A stretch of 64,000 nt of DNA from Eledone cirrhosa (Eukaryota): positions 19,468,001 to 19,532,000 of the forward strand of contig OZ024757.1 of the NCBI GenBank assembly GCA_964016885.1, read 5' to 3'. The translations under genes and the position numbers were made by a program. Shown one piece after another: positions 13,901 to 27,949 of the stretch. Below the pieces are notes generated by a model that saw nothing but the letters and a program-made list of their open reading frames with translations, was not told the DNA's origin and did not search any database. The first letter of the stretch is position 1; every line of letters starts with the position of its first letter.

Positions 13901-16900
13901 GCCTCGCGGAGTCCATCTTGAGGAGCCCAGGGCCGACATACAGCGTTTCTTGGGCATTTTAAGCCTCGCGGAGCCCATCTTGAGGAGCCCAGGGCCGACA
14001 TACAGGGTTTCTTGGGCATTTTAAGCCACGCGGAGTCCATCATGAGGAGCCCAGGGCCGACATACAGGGTTTCTTGGGCATTTTAAGCCACGCGGAGCCC
14101 ATCTTGAGCCCAGGGCCGACATACAGCGTTTCTTGGGCATTTTAAGCCTCGCGGAGTCCATCATGAGGAGCCCAGGGCCGACATACAGGGTTTCTTGGGC
14201 ATTTTAAGCCACGCGGAGTCCATCATGAGGAGCCCAGGGCCGACATACAGGGTTTCTTGGGCATTTTAAGCCTCGCGGAGTCCATCATGAGGAGCCCGGG
14301 GCCGACATACAGGGTTTCTTGGGCATTTTAAGCCTCGCGGAGTCCATCATGAGGAGCCCGGGGCCGACATACAGGGTTTCTTGGGCATTTTAAGCCTCGC
14401 GGAGTCCATCATGAGGAGCCCAGGGCCGGTCATACAGCGTTTCTTGGGCATTTTAAGCCTCGCGGAGTCCATCTTGAGGAGCCCAGGGCCGACATACAGC
14501 GTTTCTTGGGCATTTTAAGCCTCGCGGAGTCCATCTTGAGGAGCCCAGGGCCGACATACAGCGTTTCTTGGGCATTTTAAGCCTCGCGGAGTCCATCTTG
14601 AGGAGCCCAGGGCCGACATACAGCGTTTCTTGGGCATTTTAAGCCTCGCGGAGCCCATCTTGAGGAGCCCAGGGCCGACATACAGCGTTTCTTGGCAATT
14701 TTAAGCCTCACGGAGTCCATCTTGAGGAGCCCAGGGCCGACATACAGCGTTTCTTGGCCATTTTAAGCCTCACGGAGTCCATCTTGAGGAGCCCAGGGCC
14801 GACATACAGCGTTTCTTGGGCATTTTAAGCCTCGCGGAGCCCATCTTGAGGAGCCCAGGGCCGACATACAGCGTTTCTTGGGCATTTTAAGCCTCGCGGA
14901 GCCCATCTTGAGGAGCCCAGGGCCGACATACAGCGTTTCTTGGGCATTTTAAGCCTCGCGGAGCCCATCTTGAGGAGCCCAGGGCCGACATACAGCGTTT
15001 CTTGGGCATTTTAAGCCTCGCGGAGCCCATCTTGAGGAGCCCAGGGCCGACATACAGCGTTTCTTGGGCATTTTAAGCCTCGCGGAGCCCATCTTGAGGA
15101 GCCCAGGGCCGACATACAGCGTTTCTTGGGCATTTTAAGCCTCGCGGAGCCCATCTTGAGGAGCCCAGGGCCGACATACAGCGTTTCTTGGGCATTTTAA
15201 GCCTCGCGGAGCCCATCTTGAGGAGCCCAGGGCCGACATACAGCGTTTCTTGGGCATTTTAAGCCTCGCGGAGCCCATCTTGAGGAGCCCAGGGCCGACA
15301 TACAGCGTTTCTTGGGCATTTTAAGCCTCGCGGAGCCCATCTTGAGGAGCCCAGGGCCGACATACAGCGTTTCTTGGGCATTTTAAGCCTCGCGGAGCCC
15401 ATCTTGAGGAGCCCAGGGCCGACATACAGCGTTTCTTGGCCATTTTAAGCCTCGCGGAGCCCATCTTGAGGAGCCCAGGGCCGACATACAGCGTTTCTTG
15501 GCCATTTTAAGCCTCGCGGAGCCCATCTTGAGGAGCCCAGGGCCGACATACAGCGTTTCTTGGGCATTTTAAGCCTCGCGGAGCCCATCTTGAGGAGCCC
15601 AGGGCCGACATACAGCGTTTCTTGGGCATTTTAAGCCTCGCGGAGCCCATCTTGAGGAGCCCAGGGCCGACATACAGCGTTTCTTGGGCATTTTAAGCCT
15701 CGCGGAGCCCATCTTGAGGAGCCCAGGGCCGACATACAGCGTTTCTTGGCCATTTTAAGCCTCGCGGAGCCCATCTTGAGGAGCCCAGGGCCGACATACA
15801 GCGTTTCTTGGGCATTTTAAGCCTCGCGGAGCCCATCTTGAGGAGCCCAGGGCCGACATACAGCGTTTCTTGGGCATTTTAAGCCTCGCGGAGCCCATCT
15901 TGAGGAGCCCAGGGCCGACATACAGCGTTTCTTGGGCATTTTAAGCCTCGCGGAGCCCATCTTGAGGAGCCCAGGGCCGACATACAGCGTTTCTTGGGCA
16001 TTTTAAGCCTCGCGGAGCCCATCTTGAGGAGCCCAGGGCCGACATACAGCGTTTCTTGGGCATTTTAAGCCTCGCGGAGCCCATCTTGAGGAGCCCAGGG
16101 CCGACATACAGCGTTTCTTGGGCATTTTAAGCCTCGCGGAGCCCATCTTGAGGAGCCCAGGGCCGACATACAGCGTTTCTTGGGCATTTTAAGCCTCGCG
16201 GAGCCCATCTTGAGGAGCCCAGGGCCGACATACAGCGTTTCTTGGGCATTTTAAGCCTCGCGGAGCCCATCTTGAGGAGCCCAGGGCCGACATACAGCGT
16301 TTCTTGGGCATTTTAAGCCTCGCGGAGCCCATCTTGAGGAGCCCATGGCCGACATACAGCGTTTCTTGGGCATTTTAAGCCTCGCGGAGCCCATCTTGAG
16401 GAGCCCAGGGCCGACATACAGCGTTTCTTGGCCATTTTAAGCCTCGCGGAGCCCATCTTGAGGAGCCCAGGGCCGACATACAGCGTTTCTTGGGCATTTT
16501 AAGCCTCGCGGAGCCCATCTTGAGGAGCCCAGGGCCGACATACAGCGTTTCTTGGGCATTTTAAGCCTCGCGGAGCCCATCTTGAGGAGCCCAGGGCCGA
16601 CATACAGCGTTTCTTGGCCATTTTAAGCCTCGCGGAGCCCATCTTGAGGAGCCCAGGGCCGACATACAGCGTTTCTTGGCCATTTTAAGCCTCACGGAGT
16701 CCATCTTGAGGAGCCCAGGGCCGACATACAGCGTTTCTTGGGCATTTTAAGCCTCGCGGAGCCCATCTTGAGGAGCCCAGGGCCGACATACAGCGTTTCT
16801 TGGCCATTTTAAGCCTCGTGGAGCCCATCTTGAGGAGCCCAGGGCCGACATACAGCGTTTCTTGGCCATTTTAAGCCTCGCGGAGCCCATCTTGAGGAGC

Positions 16901-19900
16901 CCAGGGCCGACATACAGCGTTTCTTGGGCATTTTAAGCCTCGCGGAGCCCATCTTGAGGAGCCCAGGGCCGACATACAGCGTTTCTTGGCCATTTTAAGC
17001 CTCGCGGAGCCCATCTTGAGGAGCCCAGGGCCGACATACAGCGTTTCTTGACCATTTTAAGCCTCGCGGAGTCCATCTTGAGGAGCCCAGGGCCGACATA
17101 CAGCGTTTCTTGGGCATTTTAAGCCTCGCGGAGTCCATCTTGAGGAGCCCAGGGCCGACATACAGCGTTTCTTGGCCATTTTAAGCCTCGCGGAGCCCAT
17201 CTTGAGGAGCCCAGGGCCGACATACAGCGTTTCTTGGGCATTTTAAGCCTCACAGAGTCCATCTTGAGGAGCCCAGGGCCGACATACAGCGTTTCTTGGC
17301 CATTTTAAGCCTCGCGGAGCCCATCTTGAGGAGCCCAGGGCCGACATACAGCGTTTCTTGACCATTTTAAGCCTCGCGGAGTCCATCTTGAGGAGCCCAG
17401 GGCCGACATACAGCGTTTCTTGGGCATTTTAAGCCTCGCGGAGTCCATCTTGAGGAGCCCAGGGCCGACATACAGCGTTTCTTGGGCATTTTAAGCCTCG
17501 CGGAGCCCATCTTGAGGAGCCCAGGGCCGACATACAGCGTTTCTTGGGCATTTTAAGCCTCGCGGAGCCCATCTTGAGGAGCCCAGGGCCGACATACAGC
17601 GTTTCTTGGGCATTTTAAGCCTCGCGGAGCCCATCTTGAGGAGCCCAGGGCCGACATACAGCGTTTCTTGGCCATTTTAAGCCTCACGGAGCCCATCTTG
17701 AGGAGCCCAGGGCCGACATACAGCGTTTCTTGGGCATTTTAAGCCTCGCGGAGCCCATCTTGAGGAGCCCAGGGCCGACATACAGCGTTTCTTGACCATT
17801 TTAAGCCTCGCGGAGCCCATCTTGAGGAGCCCAGGGCCGACATACAGCGTTTCTTGACCATTTTAAGCCTCGCGGAGACCATCTTGAGGAGCCCAGGGCC
17901 GACATACAGCGTTTCTTGACCATTTTAAGCCTCGCGGAGTCCATCTTGAGGAGCCCAGGGCCGACATACAGCGTTTCTTGGGCATTTTAAGCCTCACGGA
18001 GTCCATCTTGAGGAGCCCAGGGCCGACATACAGCGTTTCTTGGGCATTTTAAGCCTCACGGAGCCCATCTTGAGGAGCCCAGGGCCGACATACAGCGTTT
18101 CTTGACCATTTTAAGCCTCGCGGAGCCCATCTTGAGGAGCCCAGGGCCGACATACAGCGTTTCTTGACCATTTTAAGCCTCGCGGAGCCCATCTTGAGGA
18201 GCCCAGGGCCGACATACAGCGTTTCTTGACCATTTTAAGCCTCGCGGAGCCCATCTTGAGGAGCCCAGGGCCGACATACAGCGTTTCTTGACCATTTTAA
18301 GCCTCGCGGAGCCCATCTTGAGGAGCCCAGGGCCGACATACAGCGTTTCTTGACCATTTTAAGCCTCGCGGAGTCCATCTTGAGGAGCCCAGGGCCGACA
18401 TACAGCGTTTCTTGGGCATTTTAAGCCTCGCGGAGCCCATCTTGAGGAGCCCAGGGCCGACATACAGCGTTTCTTGGGCATTTTAAGCCTCACGGAGCCC
18501 ATCTTGAGGAGCCCAGGGCCGACATACAGCGTTTCTTGGGCATTTTAAGCCTCGCGGAGCCCATCTTGAGGAGCCCAGGGCCGACATACAGCGTTTCTTG
18601 GGCATTTTAAGCCTCACGGAGCCCATCTTGAGGAGCCCAGGGCCGACATACAGCGTTTCTTGGGCATTTTAAGCCTCGCGGAGCCCATCTTGAGGAGCCC
18701 AGGGCCGACATACAGCGTTTCTTGGGCATTTTAAGCCTCACGGAGCCCATCTTGAGGAGCCCAGGGCCGACATACAGCGTTTCTTGGCCATTTTAAGCCT
18801 CGCGGAGACCATCTTGAGGAGCCCAGGGCCGACATACAGCGTTTCTTGGGCATTTTAAGCCTCGCGGAGCCCATCTTGAGGAGCCCAGGGCCGACATACA
18901 GCGTTTCTTGGGCATTTTAAGCCTCGCGGAGCCCATCTTGAGGAGCCCAGGGCCGACATACAGCGTTTCTTGGGCATTTTAAGCCTCGCGGAGCCCATCT
19001 TGAGGAGCCCAGGGCCGACATACAGCGTTTCTTGGGCATTTTAAGCCTCGTGGAGCCCATCTTGAGGAGCCCAGGGCCGACATACAGCGTTTCTTGGGCA
19101 TTTTAAGCCTCGCGGAGCCCATCTTGAGGAGCCCAGGGCCGACATACAGCGTTTCTTGGGCATTTTAAGCCTCGTGGAGCCCATCTTTGTGAACCCAGGG
19201 CCGACATACAGCGTTTCTTGGGCATTTTAAGCCTCGCGAAGTCCATCATGAGGAGCCCAGGGCCGACATACAGCGTTTCTTGGCCATTTTAAGCCTCGTG
19301 GAGCCCATCTTGAGGAGCCCAGGGCCGACATACAGCGTTTCTTGGGCATTTTAAGCCTCGCGGAGTCCATCTTGAGGAGCCCAGGGCCGACATACAGCGT
19401 TTCTTGGGCATTTTAAGCCTCGTGGAGCCCATCTTGAGGAACCCAGGGCCGACATACAGCGTTTCTTGGCCATTTTAAGCCTCGTGGAGCCCATCTTGAG
19501 GAGCCCAGGGCCGACATACAGCGTTTCTTGGCCATTTTAAGCCTCGCGGAGTCCATCTTGAGGAGCCCAGGGCCGACATACAGCGTTTCTTGGGCATTTT
19601 AAGCCTCGCGGAGTCCATCTTGAGGAGCCCAGGGCCGACATACAGCGTTTCTTGGGCATTTTAAGCCTCGCGGAGTCCATCTTGAGGAGCCCAGGGCCGA
19701 CATACAGCGTTTCTTGGCCATTTTAAGCCTCGTGGAGCCCATCTTGAGGAACCCAGGGCCGACATACAGCGTTTCTTGGCCATTTTAAGCCTCGTGGAGC
19801 CCATCTTGAGGAGCCCAGGGCCGACATACAGCGTTTCTTGGGCATTTTAAGCCTCGCGGAGTCCATCTTGAGGAGCCCAGGGCCGACATACAGCGTTTCT

Positions 19901-22900
19901 TGGGCATTTTAAGCCTCGTGGAGCCCATCTTGAGGAACCCAGGGCCGACATACAGCGTTTCTTGGCCATTTTAAGCCTCGTGGAGCTCATCTTGAGGAGC
20001 CCAGGGCCGACATACAGCGTTTCTTGGGCATTTTAAGCCTCGCGGAGTCCATCTTGAGGAGCCCAGGGCCGACATACAGCGTTTCTTGGGCATTTTAAGC
20101 CTCGCGGAGCCCATCTTGAGGAGCCCAGGGCCGACATACAGCGTTTCTTGGGCATTTTAAGCCTCGCGGAGCCCATCTTGAGGAGCCCAGGGCCGACATA
20201 CAGCGTTTCTTGGGCATTTTAAGCCTCGCGGAGCCCATCTTGAGGAGCCCAGGGCCGACATACAGCGTTTCTTGGGCATTTTAAGCCTCACGGAGCCCAT
20301 CTTGAGGAGCCCAGGGCCGACATACAGCGTTTCTTGGGCATTTTAAGCCACGCGGAGTCCATCTTGAGGAGCCCAGGGCCGACATACAGCGTTTCTTGGG
20401 CATTTTAAGCCTCACGGAGTCCATCTTGAGGAGCCCAGGGCCGACATACAGCGTTTCTTGGGCATTTTAAGCCACGCGGAGCCCACCATGAGGACCCCAG
20501 GGCCGACATACAGCGTTTCTTGGGCATTTTAAGCCTCGCGGAGCCCATCTTGAGGAGCCCAGGGCCGACATACAGCGTTTCTTGGGCATTTTAAGCCACG
20601 CGGAGTCCATCTTGAGGAGCCCAGGGCCGACATACAGCGTTTCTTGGGCATTTTAAGCCACGCGGAGCCCATCTTGAGGAGCCCAGGGCCGACCTACAGC
20701 GTTTCTTGGGCATTTTAAGCCTCGCGGACCCCATCTTGAGGAGCCCAGGGCCGACATACAGCGTTTCTTGGGCATTTTAAGCCACGCGGAGTCCATCTTG
20801 AGGAGCCCAGGGCCGACATACAGCGTTTCTTGGGCATTTTAAGCCTCGCGGACCCCATCTTGAGGAGCCCAGGGCCGACATACAGCGTTTCTTGGGCATT
20901 TTAAGCCTCGCGGAGCCCATCTTGAGGAGCCCAGGGCCGACATACAGCGTTTCTTGGGCATTTTAAGCCACGCGGAGCCCATCTTGAGGAGCCCAGGGCC
21001 GACATACAGCGTTTCTTGGGCATTTTAAGCCTCACGGAGTCCATCTTGAGGAGCCCAGGGCCGACATACAGCGTTTCTTGGGCATTTTAAGCCTCGCGGA
21101 GCCCATCTTGAGGAGCCCAGGGCCGACATACAGCGTTTCTTGGGCATTTTAAGCCTCGCGGACCCCATCTTGAGGAGCCCAGGGCCGACATACAGCGTTT
21201 CTTGGGCATTTTAAGCCTCGCGGAGCCCATCTTGAGGAGCCCAGGGCCGACATACAGCGTTTCTTGGGCATTTTAAGCCTCACGGAGTCCATCTTGAGGA
21301 GCCCAGGGCCGACATACAGCGTTTCTTGGGCATTTTAAGCCTCGCGGAGCCCATCTTGAGGAGCCCAGGGCCGACATACAGCGTTTCTTGGGCATTTTAA
21401 GCCTCGCGGACCCCATCTTGAGGAGCCCAGGGCCGACATACAGCGTTTCTTGGGCATTTTAAGCCTCGCGGAGCCCATCTTGAGGAGCCCAGGGCCGACA
21501 TACAGCGTTTCTTGGGCATTTTAAGCCACGCGGAGCCCATCTTGAGGAGCCCAGGGCCGACATACAGCGTTTCTTGGGCATTTTAAGCCTCACGGAGTCC
21601 ATCTTGAGGAGCCCAGGGCCGACATACAGCGTTTCTTGGGCATTTTAAGCCTCGCGGAGCCCATCTTGAGGAGCCCAGGGCCGACATACAGCGTTTCTTG
21701 GCCATTTTAAGCCACGCGGAGCCCATCTTGAGGAGCCCAGGGCCGACATACAGCGTTTCTTGGGCATTTTAAGCCTCGCGGAGCCCATCTTGAGGAGCCC
21801 AGGGCCGACATACAGCGTTTCTTGGCCATTTTAAGCCTCGCGGAGTCCATCTTGAGGAGCCCAGGGCCGACATACAGCGTTTCTTGGGCATTTTAAGCCT
21901 CACGGAGTCCATCTTGAGGAGCCCAGGGCCGACATACAGCGTTTCTTGGGCATTTTAAGCCTCGCGGAGCCCATCTTGAGGAGCCCAGGGCCGACATACA
22001 GCGTTTCTTGGCCATTTTAAGCCTCGCGGAGTCCATCTTGAGGAGCCCAGGGCCGACATACAGCGTTTCTTGGGCATTTTAAGACTCACGGAGTCCATCT
22101 TGAGGAGCCCAGGGCCGACATACAGCGTTTCTTGGGCATTTTAAGCCTCGCGGAGCCCATCTTGAGGAGCCCAGGGCCGACATACAGCGTTTCTTGGCCA
22201 TTTTAAGCCTCGCGGAGTCCATCTTGAGGAGCCCAGGGCCGACATACAGCGTTTCTTGGGCATTTTAAGCCACGCGGAGCCCATCTTGAGGAGCCCAGGG
22301 CCGACATACAGCGTTTCTTGGGCATTTTAAGCCTCACGGAGTCCATCTTGAGGAGCCCAGGGCCGACATACAGCGTTTCTTGGGCATTTTAAGCCTCGCG
22401 GAGCCCATCTTGAGGAGCCCAGGGCCGTCATACAGCGTTTCTTGGCCATTTTAAGCCTCACGGAGTCCATCTTGAGGAGCCCAGGGCCGACATACAGCGT
22501 TTCTTGGGCATTTTAAGCCTCACGGAGTCCATCTTGAGGAGCCCAGGGCCAACATACAGCGTTTCTTGGGCATTTTAAGCCTCACGGAGTCCATCTTGAG
22601 GAGCCCAGGGCCGACATACAGCGTTTCTTGGGCATTTTAAGCCTCACGGAGTCCATCTTGAGGAGCCCAGGGCCGACATACAGCGTTTCTTGGGCATTTT
22701 AAGCCTCGCGGAGCCCATCTTGAGGAGCCCAGGGCCGACATACAGCGTTTCTTGGGCATTTTAAGCCTCGCGGAGCCCATCTTGAGGAGCCCAGGGCCGA
22801 CATACAGCGTTTCTTGGCCATTTTAAGCCTCACGGAGTCCATCTTGAGGAGCCCAGGGCCGACATACAGCGTTTCTTGGGCATTTTAAGCCTCACGGAGT

Positions 22901-25465
22901 CCATCTTGAGGAGCCCAGGGCCGACATACAGCGTTTCTTGGGCATTTTAAGCCACGCGGAGTCCATCTTGAGGAGCCCAGGGCCAACATACAGCGTTTCT
23001 TGGGCATTTTAAGCCTCACGGAGTCCATCTTGAGGAGCCCAGGGCCGACATACAGCGTTTCTTGGGCATTTTAAGCCTCGCGGAGCCCATCTTGAGGAGC
23101 CCAGGGCCGACATACAGCGTTTCTTGGGCATTTTAAGCCTCACGGAGTCCATCTTGAGGAGCCCAGGGCCGACATACAGCGTTTCTTGGGCATTTTAAGC
23201 CTCGCGGAGCCCATCTTGAGGAGCCCAGGGCCGACATACAGCGTTTCTTGGGCATTTTAAGCCACGCGGAGTCCATCTTGAGGAGCCCAGGGCCAACATA
23301 CAGCGTTTCTTGGGCATTTTAAGCCTCGCGGAGCCCATCTTGAGGAGCCCAGGGCCAACATACAGCGTTTCTTGGGCATTTTAAGCCACGCGGAGTCCAT
23401 CTTGAGGAGCCCAGGGCCGACATACAGCGTTTCTTGGGCATTTTAAGCCTCGCGGAGCCCATCTTGAGGAGCCCAGGGCCGACATACAGCGTTTCTTGGG
23501 CATTTTAAGCCACGCGGAGTCCATCTTGAGGAGCCCAGGGCCGACATACAGCGTTTCTTGGGCATTATAAGCCTCGCGGAGCCCATCTTGAGGAGCCCAG
23601 GGCCAACATACAGCGTTTCTTGGGCATTTTAAGCCTCACAGAGTCCATCTTGAGGAGCCTAGGGCCGACATACAGCGTTTCTTGGGCATTTTAAGCCTCG
23701 TGGAGTCCATCTTGAGGAGCCCAGGGCCGACATACAGCGTTTCTTGGCCATTTTAAGCCTCACAGAGTCCATCTTGAGGAGCCTAGGGCCGACATACAGC
23801 GTTTCTTGGGCATTTTAAGCCTCACAGAGTCCATCTTGAGGAGCCTAGGGCCGACATACAGCGTTTCTTGGGCATTTTAAGCCTCACAGAGTCCATCTTG
23901 AGGAGCCCAGGGCCGACATACAGCGTTTCTTGGGCATTTTAAGCCTCACAGAGTCCATCTTGAGGAGCCCAGGGCCGACATACAGCGTTTCTTGGGCATT
24001 TTAAGCCTCGCGGAGCCCATCTTGAGGAGCCCAGGGCCAACATACAGCGTTTCTTGGGCATTTTAAGCCTCACAGAGTCCATCTTGAGGAGCCCAGGGCC
24101 GACATACAGCGTTTCTTGGGCATTTTAAGCCTCACAGAGTCCATCTTGAGGAGCCCAGGGCCGACATACAGCGTTTCTTGGCCATTTTAAGCCTCACAGA
24201 GTCCATCTTGAGGAGCCCAGGGCCGACATACAGCGTTTCTTGGGCATTTTAAGCCTCGCGGAGCCCATCTTGAGGAGCCCAGGGCCAACATACAGCGTTT
24301 CTTGGGCATTTTAAGCCTCACAGAGTCCATCTTGAGGAGCCCAGGGCCGACATACAGCGTTTCTTGGGCATTTTAAGCCTCACAGAGTCCATCTTGAGGA
24401 GCCTAGGGCCGACATACAGCGTTTCTTGGGCATTTTAAGCCTCGCGGAGCCCATCTTGAGGAGCCCAGGGCCAACATACAGCGTTTCTTGGGCATTTTAA
24501 GCCTCACAGAGTCCATCTTGAGGAGCCTAGGGCCGACATACAGCGTTTCTTGGGCATTTTAAGCCTCGTGGAGTCCATCTTGAGGAGCCCAGGGCCGACA
24601 TACAGCGTTTCTTGGCCATTTTAAGCCTCACAGAGTCCATCTTGAGGAGCCCAGGGCCGACATACAGCGTTTCTTGGGCATTTTAAGCCTCGCGGAGCCC
24701 ATCTTGAGGAGCCCAGGGCCGACATACAGCGTTTCTTGGGCATTTTAAGCCACGCGGAGTCCATCTTGAGGAGCCCAGGGCCAACATACAGCGTTTCTTG
24801 GGCATTTTAAGCCTCACAGAGTCCATCTTGAGGAGCCTAGGGCCGACATACAGCGTTTCTTGGGCATTTTAAGCCTCGTGGAGTCCATCTTGAGGAGCCC
24901 AGGGCCGACATACAGCGTTTCTTGGGCATTTTAAGCCTCGCGGAGCCCATCTTGAGGAGCCCAGGGCCGACATACAGCGTTTCTTGGGCATTTTAAGCCT
25001 CGCGGAGCCCATCTTGAGGAGCCCAGGGCCGACATACAGCGTTTCTTGGGCATTTTAAGCCTCGCGGAGCCCATCTTGAGGAGCCCAGGGCCGACATACA
25101 GCGTTTCTTGGGCATTTTAAGCCTCGTGGAGTCCATCTTGAGGAGCCCAGGGCCGACATACAGCGTTTCTTGGCCATTTTAAGCCTCGCGGAGCCCATCT
25201 TGAGGAGCCCAGGGCCGACATACAGCGTTTCTTGGGCATTTTAAGCCTCGCGGAGCCCATCTTGAGGAGCCCAGGGCCGACATACAGCGTTTCTTGGGCA
25301 TTTTAAGCCTCGCGGAGTCCATCATGAGGAGCCCAGGGCCGACATACAGGGTTTCTTGGGCATTTTAAGCCACGCGGAGCCCATCTTGAGGAGCCCAGGG
25401 CTGAGTACAGCAGATTTCTTCCAGAGAAAGATAGAAAGTGAGCGAGAGGAAAACGAGAAAGATAT
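10960..25465 (+). mobile_element. Dispersed non-autonomous element hosting the 62-bp satellite
   Basis: Left flank gtatggacccgtaactcctg and right flank ccagggctgagtacagcagatttcttccagagaaagatagaaagtgag both match the reverse complement of 40200-40375. Confidence 0.75.
11024..25400. repeat. 62-bp GC-rich (36/62 GC) tandem satellite, ~14.4 kb, ~230 units
   Basis: Consensus GACATACAGCGTTTCTTGGGCATTTTAAGCCTCGCGGAGCCCATCTTGAGGAGCCCAGGGCC; it shifts +2 per 60-nt line. Confidence 0.99.
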
Positions 25466-25466
25466 A

Positions 25467-25690
25467 GTTTCTACTTTTGGCACAAGACCAGCAATTACCT
25501 CCAATGCATCACTGGTACTTTATTTAATTACCTCGTGAGGATGAAAGGCAAAGTTAACCTCGGCGAGATTTGAACTCAGAACGCAAAGCGCCATAACTAT
25601 GCTGCAAAGCATGGTGTTTGACGCTAGGAAGAATCAACCCCAGTACTTGACTGGTACTTTTTTGATCGACCTCGAAAGGATGAAAACCAA
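25467..25690 (-). mobile_element. SINE family A fragments (tRNA-derived)
   Basis: tttctacttttggcacaag...ggatgaaaggcaaagttaacctcggcgagatttgaactcag, shared with the other copies. Confidence 0.8.
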
Positions 25691-25847
25691 CATTTGTTGA
25701 TTCTTAAAGGAGCATAAATGGCTTATGGTGCCTTCCCGCACCCTGTCACATAAGGAGAGTTTTATGCTAATTAAATTATATATATATTCAAATGAAGTTC
25801 AGATATAAAAAAAATATGCTGAAAAAGAATTTATTATATCAAATATA

Positions 25848-26033
25848 TTGATTGGCAGTATCATTAGAGGGTCGGACGCCATGCTTTGAAGCATAGAGTT
25901 ACAGCCCTTTATGATCTGAGTTCAAATCCCGCCGAGGTTAACTTTGCCTTTCATCCTTACGGGGTCGATAAAATAAAGTACCAGTAATACACTGGGGTAA
26001 TAGCTGGCCTTGTGCCAAAAAGTAGAAACAATT
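25848..26033 (+). mobile_element. SINE family A
   Basis: A-box-like tggcagtatc, B-box gagttcaaatcc, central gcctttcatccttacggggtcgataaaataaagtacc, tail gccttgtgccaaaaagtagaaac. Confidence 0.85.
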
Positions 26034-26994
26034 GTATCTAATATACAAAAAATAAAATATAGATGTTTGAATAGATTGGGAAAAAGTAGGGGGACAAAAG
26101 ATGGTTTGCGCCCCGTTCCTGAAAAAGTGTGTGTGTGGGTGGTGGGTGGGGGGGGGGGGGGGTTGGACTTGTCTCCTGGTACCCCCCTGAAACAAGGCCC
26201 TTTCTCTCTCTCTCTCTACGCTCTCTCCTCTCCCTCCACTCTCTCCTCTCCCTCCACCCCCTCCCTCGGACACTGTACAAATTTCACCCCCCCCCCCCCC
26301 GAAAAACAAAAAAAAACAAACAAAAAAATAAAAAACCCTGTGGAAATCTTAAGGGACAAAGACCCAGAATGAAAAGTACATCCGAACCCTTGACCCCAGT
26401 AATAAAGATAAATAAGTCGGTGTGTGTGTGGGGGAGGGGAGGGGGCGTCTTGTTTCTTTCTTTCTTTATTTATTTATTTATTATTTATTTATTTATTTTT
26501 ATTTATTTATTTATTTTTTAAAGTGTATTTTATTTGTTTTTGAGAACTAAAGGCGAGAATAGAAAAAATATCACACAAAAACAACAAAAACAAACAAAAT
26601 GGAATTAAGTGGGTCAAACTGAAGCGTCTGTCTGTCTGTCTGGTTGTTGTCTGTCTGTCTGTCTCTTGGTCTGTCTGGTTGTTGTCTGGCTGTCTGTCTG
26701 TCTCTCTCTCGGTCTGTCTGTCTGTCTGGATGTGGGTAAACGTGAAGCGTCTTTCGGCTGTCTGAAATTCCAACGTTACGCCAGGCGTGGGTCGTTATCT
26801 GTCTGTCCGTCTCTCAGTCTGTCAGTCTGTCTGTCAGTCTGTCTGTTCGTCTCTCGGTCAGTCTGTCTGTCAGTCCGTCTGTTCGTCTCTCGGTCAGTCT
26901 GTCTATCTGATTGTCGGCAACAACCGTAACAACTCCCTCTCCCACCACATCCACCATTCGAACCTGTAGATCCTGTTGTTTATTCTAACCGTTA

Positions 26995-27032
26995 AACACA
27001 CACACACACGCATACACACACACACACACACG

Positions 27033-27078
<46 letters not shown>

Positions 27079-27306
27079 GACACACACAGTCACACACATA
27101 CACACACACGCACAGATACACAGGCACACATGTACAGAAAGACACACAGACGTACAGACACAAACACAGACATACACAGACACACAGACACACACACAAC
27201 TACACACACACACACACACACACACATACACACACACAGACACACAGACACACACAGACACAGACACACACACAGACACACACACAGACACACACACAGA
27301 CACACA

Positions 27307-27361
<55 letters not shown>

Positions 27362-27372
27362 ACACAGACACC

Positions 27373-27440
<68 letters not shown>
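26995..27440. repeat. (CA)n/(CAGA)n microsatellite
   Basis: Direct inspection. Confidence 0.9.
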
Positions 27441-27812
27441 CAACAGACTAAATAATGGACCACAAGCTGAGATGTAACAGTAAATCTGTCAACAATTATG
27501 TATAGGAACTTTACTCAGGAACCCACAAAATGGACCAATCAGAAGACAGATACGTCTACTATTAGGAGTAAAATGAACCAATCAGAAGACAGATACATCT
27601 ACTATTAGAACTTATTGAGAAAAGAGATTCAGACTCATGTCTGCTGGCATCACGACTGAATGGTAATACACACCAGTCACATATCTCCATGATACCATAA
27701 CTACACCTATGATTGTATAAGCGCCTGATGAAGTCGCATGCATAACCATGTAACAGAAATATATGATACAATAAAGTAATTATGGTGAAGTAACCTCATC
27801 TTAACTACTTTT

Positions 27813-27896
<84 letters not shown>

Positions 27897-27949
27897 ATGA
27901 TGGCTGCCCCCTTGTTATCGAGTATGGCCATTGCACGAGAAAAAACCCA

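Noticed and set aside
11024-25400. CRISPR or retrozyme interpretation of the large array
   Set aside because: No unique spacers, no cas genes, and no CUGANGA/GAAA hammerhead core in the monomer on either strand.
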